64,000 nucleotides of DNA, taken from NCBI GenBank assembly GCA_965644315.1, contig CBFFRQ010000032.1, positions 248,001 through 312,000 of the forward strand, written 5' to 3'. The stretch is from Caecitellus pseudoparvulus (lineage: Eukaryota; Protista; Bigyra: Bicosoecida). The position numbers and the translations under genes were made by a program. The notes under the pieces are model-generated. The model was not told the DNA's origin. It ran no database searches and was given only the letters and a program-made list of their open reading frames with translations. This document shows, in pieces, positions 57,615 through 64,000 of this stretch; position 1 is the first letter of the stretch, and the number at the start of each line of letters is the position of its first letter.

Positions 57615-58560
57615 TCACGGCGCTGGGTCAGCCGTATCGTCCTCTTGCACGCCTTGCGCCGAGCGTGCCGCGTACGCCTTGTAGGCAGACACGGCAGCTG
57701 CGCCCAGGGTGATGGCGCCCAGCACCTTCGCTGCGAAAGCCCAGCCATCTGCTTCTGAGCGGGCATTGGCAATGAGCGTCGGGACGTTCTGACGTCCGAC
57801 GTACTGCAGGAGCGAGCCGCCGTGCAGCGTGGTACGTCCAGCTGAGTTGTACGCTGTGCCGATGGCAGTCAGCAGCGTGCCCACCTTCAGCACCATGTCC
57901 TTCATTTCCCGAGCAGTGGCGATGGAGGTGGTGACTTTCTCGCGCTTGGGGGAGCGCGAGCGTCCGTTGTTGGACGATGCCTCAGGCGTCGTGCGCACCT
58001 CGGACGTGCTCAGACGCTCTCGTTCTCGGGCCGTGAGGAGGGAGCGACGGGGCTCCCCCGCAGGCGCCAAGGGCGGAGGCGGCATGGAGCTGTGCATGGA
58101 GACGATGCCAGTGCCATCGTCCAAGGCGAAATCCACACGCTTCGTGCGTGTCTCCATGAGGTCCAGCTCCACCTTCTGCTTGCCCCCGTCCATTTTCACG
58201 TGCTCGATGTACTCGCTCTCCTTCCACACCACACACTCGCTGGCGGTGCCTGGCACTTTCAGAGGCTTTTGGCCGTCATCCAGCTGCACAGTGCCAGTGA
58301 TGGCAATGACACTGCCTGGTTTGGCTGTCACGGCATCGCGAGCTGTCATCTGCGCCTCAGGGCAGCAGGCAGCCACTGGCGTGGTGAGCACCATCACCCT
58401 CACTCCGCCAGGCTCAACTCACTGTCTTGACCTGGGCCAGCTGAGCTGCACGCGCAGCTGAGGAGCCACTTGCCCACCATGAAGCCAGGCTAAGACCTCC
58501 TGTTCCTATTGCTAGCAGCATCCACAAGGATCCTGCATCGCTCTGCCGTTGGGCAGCCAT
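57615..58560 (-). CDS. GIDE-domain two-transmembrane protein (MUL1/SP1-like) without a RING; intron 58350-58422
   Basis: TM1 LWMLLAIGTGGLSLASWW; VIAITGTV, VDFALDDGTGIV, MVLKVGTLLTAIG and PTLIANAR; TM2 WAFAAKVLGAITLGAAAV; stop about 20 aa later. Confidence 0.75.
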
Positions 58561-58987
58561 GTTTGCTCAGAGGCGAAAAACGCTGGACGGCCCTGCAGCA
58601 CAGAGGGGCTCAGAAGGAGGCTCACCGTTGCAAGCCTTGGGGCAGTGATCAAATTTGTGCAAGTTACGCGTGAGACCCTGCGTGGTTTGGGATGTGGGCG
58701 TCGCTGCGCCTCTGAAGAGTCCGGCGCCGCGTGCCTGGACACAAGTGGCCCCATGGCGACCCTACTCCAGGCCTCCATGCCCTTGGCACCAAACAGCAAG
58801 CTCTCCACACATACTTTCCTTCTCGATCGACGCACGTTTACGAGGACAGGGCATACCGGAACTTCTCTGTACCTCTTGAGTCGCTCAAGCTTGCATCACA
58901 CCAACGCTTGCCCAGCCTCGAGAAACGCAAGCGAAACGCAGGCACTTGCGTCGGCCCGCCGGGCACTTTCAGAGCCAGACAGCCGCC

Positions 58988-61541
58988 ATGGCAGACAAGG
59001 ATGGTTCCGACAGTAGTGAATGGGAATCTGACGATGTGGAGCTTACCTCCGCGCAGTCAGAAACCCATGCCTCTGGCGAAGGTGACGTGGTCCTGGCAGA
59101 CCTGCAAAGCGTAGACATTTCGCTGCCTTCCCCAAGCGGGGCAGGAAGTGCCAAACCGCGCAGGCGGAGCAAGCGACTTTCAGACGAAGAAGCAGCTCTG
59201 CGCGAGGACACTCACAAGGCAGAGCTGCTGGCGCTCCTGGCTGCCCAAGTGCACCACCTGCGCTGCATGCACGACCCTTCACTGCAAGCACTCTGCGTGT
59301 CGTTGATGCCCAGTGAGCTCCTGGACGGATTCACGCCCAGCGAGGCACACCCAGTTCCACCCATTTCATTCATTGCTTGCGTGTCGAGGTGGTTCCGCTT
59401 CCAGGTGCAGGTGCAGTACCTCGGTGTGCCACCGCCTGCCCGACCAGAGCCCATCTCCCCCACCAGCCTTGCGCGGCTGCTGCAGGAAGGAGCGGTTCTC
59501 GCTGCTGCGCCACCTCTTCAGTGTACACTGCTCTTTGGTAGCCTCCTCCTAGGTTTAGGCGTCCGAGTGCGCCTGGTGTGTGTGCACGATGCCAACGCCA
59601 TGTCCGGGCCGGCAAGGAATGAGTCTGGCATTGGCTGGGCGTATGCAACGCTGGGAAGCCGTCTGGGCTCCCTGGCAAAGTCGCCTCCAACGGCAACAAG
59701 CCCACACGCGCTTGTGATGCATGGGCGCCCCGTGGCGGCCCCACATCCAGCTGCTGGCGGTGTCTCCGTGCAGGAGCTCTGCCAACGAAAGGCCGCACAC
59801 GGCGCCCTGGTTTGGTTGGAAGTCCTGGCCACAAAAGGGGACAAAGGACAGGAAGACAGCTACTGGGTGCATGTGGACATGCTTCGAGGCTGGGTGGACG
59901 CCTGCGATCAGCCGCGATCGCTGCGGGCAAAAGCACACCCTCTCACCTACGTTGTGGCTGCCTCCCGCCTGGAACCCAGCTCCGCATCGATGTCCTGCTC
60001 AGCTGTGGAGGTGACAGCCGATTGGGAACGCATGCAGCGGTGGACACCAGCTGGGCCCCGTCTCACCAGTATTCAGCTCGTGGACGTGACCCTGAGGTAT
60101 GCAAGCTCAAGGGCCGCCACGATTCGTCACCGAAAGCGCAACTGTACAACTGACTGGTGGCCAGACACGCTTGTTGAGCTCAATCAAGCCTGGCTTCCGG
60201 AGTACTTGAGATCTCTGCCTGCATCGGAGCTCCTGTTGCATGCGGGGCAGTGCTTGTTGTCGCAGATTCACGCGTACCTGTTGTGGAAGCACGGGTCAGG
60301 GGAATGGGGCACTTCCCGCATCCCGTATGATTTCAAGACGATCCTCAGTTCCGGTCTTGCCGCGGCGTGTGATGGCCCCTTGTCCCTGCCCCCACCAGGA
60401 TTCGCCGCACAGCTGTGGACAAGCTTTGCAGGTCGCTGGAGGAGTGGTGAGGTCGTGTCAGCCTTGCCGCCCGCCGTGCGGGCTAGCCTCAGTCGCACTG
60501 CCGTTCAAGCAGATGCACGTGAGAAGTCAGCCCTGTCCTTATCCCATCTCTCTGAACGTGAGTGCTTTTCACTAGATGCGTGCGCCTCTGTACTTCACAC
60601 TCAGCTTTCACCACTTCGCAGCAATGCCTACGTCAAAGACGGGTTTCAAGAATCACCCTGTGTACGCACTAGCATCGCAGTGCGGGCAGGCAGAGGTGGT
60701 GCGCCCGTCGGGGAAGGAACATGCAGTTGGTACCTTTAAGGGCGAGTGGGTTTACCTTCGCAGCTCTGTGCACAAGCTCCTGTCGCGGGAGCGCTGGCTC
60801 ATGTTGCACTCTCGGGCAGTCCTGGACAGCGCAGTGCCCGTGAGGGTTCACACGCGCAAACGAAGGCCACAGCGTCCTCAGGTTCGTGGCGGCGTCGTGA
60901 ACCCGGCCCTGCGCCGGCAAGTTCCGTCACCGGAGGAAGCCAAGTCGGTTGAGGTTGAGCTGTTTGGCGAGTGGCAGACGAAGCCTTTCCAGCCCGCGGC
61001 TGTCGGGGCAGATGGCCGCATCCCGGTGAATGAGTATGGCAATGTGGAAGTGTGGGGGGGCAGGCCCGACATGGTGCCACGCGGCGCAGTGCATTTGGCG
61101 GGCATGCCGGGCTTGCCTTCCCTCGCCTCGAAGATGGGAGTGGACTGGGCGCGGGCTGTTACTGGGTTTCAGCGCAAAGCGGGACGGGTTGTGCCCATCG
61201 AAGATGGAATCGTCGTGCCGGAACATGCGGCGACCACTTTGCGCGATGCCTGGGAGACGATGCAAGCTGCCAAAGCTGAAGCTGAGGCGAAGAAGCGCTC
61301 CAAGCGTGCATGGAGCGGGTGGAAGCGCATCATTCTTGCTGCTCGTTCCGCTGACAAACTTCGCGCCCGCCATGCGGCCATGGATGCGCGGCTGCGTGTA
61401 CACAAGCGCTCGCGCCCCCCCCCGACTGCTCCATCGCCAAAGAGACGGCGACAGCCGCAACCCGAGGATAGAGCTACTACGGCAACAGGGGCGCCACCAC
61501 AGCCGAGCATGCCATCGAGCGCAGACTTCGAGGAGTTGTAA
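58988..61541 (+). CDS. XPC: DNA repair protein XPC/Rad4; intron 60558-60621
   Basis: THKAELLALL, GVRVRLV, VWLEV...WVHVD, LVDVTLRYA, MPTSKTGFKNHPVYAL, VHKLLSRERW, LFGEWQT, IPVNEYGNVEVW, MVPRGAVHL and AVTGF...PIEDGIVV. Confidence 0.95.
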
Positions 61542-61546
61542 TCCAC

Positions 61547-63922
61547 TTAAATGCCCATCATGCTCATAATGTCCTCCAGGGGAGAGGCGGCTTTTTGCGC
61601 TGTTCCGACTGCCGGCTGTGCGACAACTCGGCGCGCGAAGTCTCGACACTGCGCGTCAGGGTCGAACTGCATGACGGCGTATGCCCAGCGAGCCAGGATC
61701 CCAAGCGCTTCACCGAACGTTTCAGCTGGCGCAGGAGAGCGCCCATGGGCTTGCCGAGCGAGCACAGAAATGCTCGCGCCTGCTGGGTGTGCAACGCTTT
61801 CACCATCTTCAGAGCCAGCCCTCGCCTGCAGAGCACTTCGCAGCAGGTCAGCATCGTGCCCGACACCCAGCCCTGCTGTGGATGGGGTGAAGGTCGGCCT
61901 CGCATGCACAAGTGTGTGCTGGTGCAGGCCGAGGCTGTGCACGACCCCTGCTGCGGCCACGAGCACGCATAGGACGGCATGCCGCACGCTCGGGTCGTCA
62001 TGCAGATGAGCGGCCAAGGCTAGCGGCAGCACTGCTCCCACAACTGCACTGATGTTCGGGGCGGACGCCGCCACCTCCACCATGATGGCCAGCGAACGGA
62101 GGAGGGCAGACAGCAACTCTGCATCTCGACCTAGCAAGTCCACGCCAGAGGTAGGGTCCAGCACCCGCACAACAAGGGGGAACACGAACTCTCCGACGAC
62201 AGTTGCAAACACGTTCACCTTGGTCGTCGCTCTAGCCTTTGACTTGCCCCATCTGCGCGTCTTCGGCTGTTTCGCGACTGCCGTGTGCGGTTCGGAGCTG
62301 GCATGCTGCACGAGCTCCTGGATCAACGTATTGACCTGGGCATCGCTACCTTCCGCAGGTCGCTGTGGTGTGGAGGCTTGCGATCCCCCAGCCTGTTCAG
62401 GATCTGCAACGCCAGCCAAGATTATAGCCGCTTCGGTAAGCAAGGTCAGCACCTCCAGCCGCATGCCGAGCAGCTGTTCCTGAGCAAAGACAACCTTGGT
62501 GAGGAAGCGGGCACTGATGACAGGGGAGGCAACAATCACTGCCACCACACCTGCATGCTTCCAAGCCGCGAACTCCTCCAGGCCAAAGGAATTCTCAGTG
62601 CCCAATAACACGCGCAGCAAGGCAACTGCCGAGTCGTGCACCTCATGGGCGGTGTCCGGGCTCTTCGACAGCAAGCTGACAAGAGGGCCCACCGATGCCA
62701 GTGCTGAAATCAAGTGCTTGTAGTCGAGGGGCTTCCTCAGCGTTGCAAGCACTTCCCGAAGGTGTACGGGGGGAGCTGGTAGCTGCCCATACTTCCCTGC
62801 AGGGGCTGTGGAGCCTTGGGCCACTTCGAAGCCAGGGATTGTTGGGACGCCTGCAGCGGCAGCTGGCACGGACGTGTCGTCCCTTCGATGCGTCGATGCA
62901 TCATGCACACCAGATGCTGCAAGCATGCCAGCAGCAAAGTCGTCCAGTGATGTCGGCTGATCCATTTGGCCTGTGGAGTCTATCGCGCGCCCAACGAGCA
63001 CCTTGGCTTCATCCCGAGGGGTGTCATCTGCAAACTCGGTGGGAATGGGAGGAGGCTCTTTCGAATCGAACTCGACGACTTGTGTGCTTGCAAAACGCCC
63101 GGGATGCACCATTGCAGTCTCCTGCGACTCAGCTCCCGCCTTCAGGCTCGGCAAGATGCCCACACTGGGACCGCGCCGCACTGCAGATAGGTGCTTCGGG
63201 ACATCCACGTCATTCGGAACAAGCAAAAAGGCCATCAAGTCAGCCACAGCCTGGTCTGAGGCCGCTTTGACCTGGGACTTGTCTGCCTTGCTGCCAAAGT
63301 CAGGTGTCAGCAGACTGGCCCAATCCAGGACAGGCAGCTCCACCCCAGTGGTTTCGAAGGCAGACGCAGCGGCAGCATGGGAGAGGATGGAGCCCACCAG
63401 CATGCCCATAACTTTCACCGACGGGTTCGGAGAGTTCAAGCGTTCTTGTACACCCTGCATGACTACTTGGCCCACTCGGCTGCCCAGTGCAACTTGGGCA
63501 TGGGGTGCGTTGCGAAGCAGCAAGGCCAAGACGTCAGTCGTTGCCTTCTGTGCACGTGTGTCAGCTCCTGCCACAGCGAGAGGTTGAGACCAAGCCTGAG
63601 CGACATGCAGGATGTGGAAGACGGACTCCCAAGTCTGCTCTCCAGAGGACACCGCCGCGCGCATGTACAGGTACCAGTGTCGGGCACAGTACGGTGTGCA
63701 TCTGCCGCTCAGCGGCACCCCACGGCACAGCTCCGCTGCTGACAATGTGCCTGAAAGAAGCCACTCATGCGGATCACCAAGGATGCCGAATAAGGGCAGG
63801 GACTTCACACCCATCTGGTTTGAGTCTGGCGGTTGAGGGAGGGCATGCCACAGCGCTTGCCGCATCGCAGAGCGGCTGACCCCCGACCAAAGCACGCGAC
63901 AAGTTTCTGCGTGGGGCTGCAA
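61547..63922 (-). CDS. TELO2: Telomere length regulation protein TEL2 (TTT complex); 5' exon(s) probably beyond the window end
   Basis: RLNSPNPSVKVMGMLVG, PPVHLREVL, LLRVLLGTENSF...F, RLEVLTLLTEAA, KTRRWG, NVFATVVGEFVFPL and DLLGRDAELLSALLRSL. A TTTGCAG acceptor sits near 63917. Confidence 0.85.
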   Translation of the reverse strand: MQPHAETCRVLWSGVSRSAMRQALWHALPQPPDSNQMGVKSLPLFGILGDPHEWLLSGTLSAAELCRGVPLSGRCTPYCARHWYLYMRAAVSSGEQTWESVFHILHVAQAWSQPLAVAGADTRAQKATTDVLALLLRNAPHAQVALGSRVGQVVMQGVQERLNSPNPSVKVMGMLVGSILSHAAAASAFETTGVELPVLDWASLLTPDFGSKADKSQVKAASDQAVADLMAFLLVPNDVDVPKHLSAVRRGPSVGILPSLKAGAESQETAMVHPGRFASTQVVEFDSKEPPPIPTEFADDTPRDEAKVLVGRAIDSTGQMDQPTSLDDFAAGMLAASGVHDASTHRRDDTSVPAAAAGVPTIPGFEVAQGSTAPAGKYGQLPAPPVHLREVLATLRKPLDYKHLISALASVGPLVSLLSKSPDTAHEVHDSAVALLRVLLGTENSFGLEEFAAWKHAGVVAVIVASPVISARFLTKVVFAQEQLLGMRLEVLTLLTEAAIILAGVADPEQAGGSQASTPQRPAEGSDAQVNTLIQELVQHASSEPHTAVAKQPKTRRWGKSKARATTKVNVFATVVGEFVFPLVVRVLDPTSGVDLLGRDAELLSALLRSLAIMVEVAASAPNISAVVGAVLPLALAAHLHDDPSVRHAVLCVLVAAAGVVHSLGLHQHTLVHARPTFTPSTAGLGVGHDADLLRSALQARAGSEDGESVAHPAGASISVLARQAHGRSPAPAETFGEALGILARWAYAVMQFDPDAQCRDFARRVVAQPAVGTAQKAASPLEDIMSMMGI

Positions 63923-64000
63923 ATAACCGGGATCGCATTTAGACTGAGAATTCCAAGCTTCCAGACATGCTGTGGCCAGGTGTGTCGCCCACCCGCCAGC

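Noticed and set aside
1-64000. Hundreds of overlapping and antisense ORFs in the supplied track (e.g. 1183..2115, 12899..14221, 19353..21008, 50365..51189)
   Set aside because: Expected shadow ORFs in high-GC coding DNA. They lack domain motifs and overlap well-supported genes.
1-64000. Endogenous virophage/Polinton, transposon or tRNA/snRNA genes
   Set aside because: No AT-rich island, terminal inverted repeats, or integrase, capsid or RT ORFs. The GTTCG-type motifs I inspected lack a cloverleaf context.
1-64000. Alternative genetic code or stop-codon readthrough
   Set aside because: Frame breaks within conserved genes are resolved by canonical GT-AG introns where I checked, and TAA, TAG and TGA all occur as terminators.

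Overview
This is a gene-dense, GC-rich eukaryotic nuclear segment with about 27 protein-coding genes. Introns are short canonical GT-AG spliceosomal introns (GTGAGT/GTGCGT donors, CAG acceptors, roughly 60-300 nt) and intergenic gaps are very short. The style suggests a heterotrophic flagellate protist, possibly a stramenopile; that is inference only. Recognisable genes in order: a DUF2817/M14-like peptidase, type II pantothenate kinase, an FKBP, a histidine phosphatase, COG1, a small TIM, FANCL, NOP56, PUS3/DEG1, TTI1, kinesin-1, two tandem cathepsin-L-like proteases, a secretory C2H2 protein, an ANK-PH-IQ-PH-WW protein, an F-box/LRR protein, a WW/C2HC zinc-finger protein, RPAP2/Rtr1, a GIDE-domain protein, XPC/Rad4 and TEL2 (5' end beyond the window). 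I could not support any rRNA, tRNA, CRISPR array, transposon or viral insertion, and I cannot claim a clear-cut new biological system. The best leads are: (1) a cathepsin pair whose exons are homogenised while all introns are unalignable; (2) two TTT-complex subunits (TTI1, TEL2) and RPAP2 within about 40 kb; (3) a MUL1/SP1-type GIDE protein with no RING; (4) FANCL, FKBP and TEL2 homologues missing canonical functional residues; (5) a large Thr-Pro-rich insertion inside the kinesin motor; (6) a polyproline/RRAS tandem array; (7) convergent gene pairs with stop codons only 5-34 nt apart. All gene models were spliced by eye and all family calls come from remembered motifs, not database searches.
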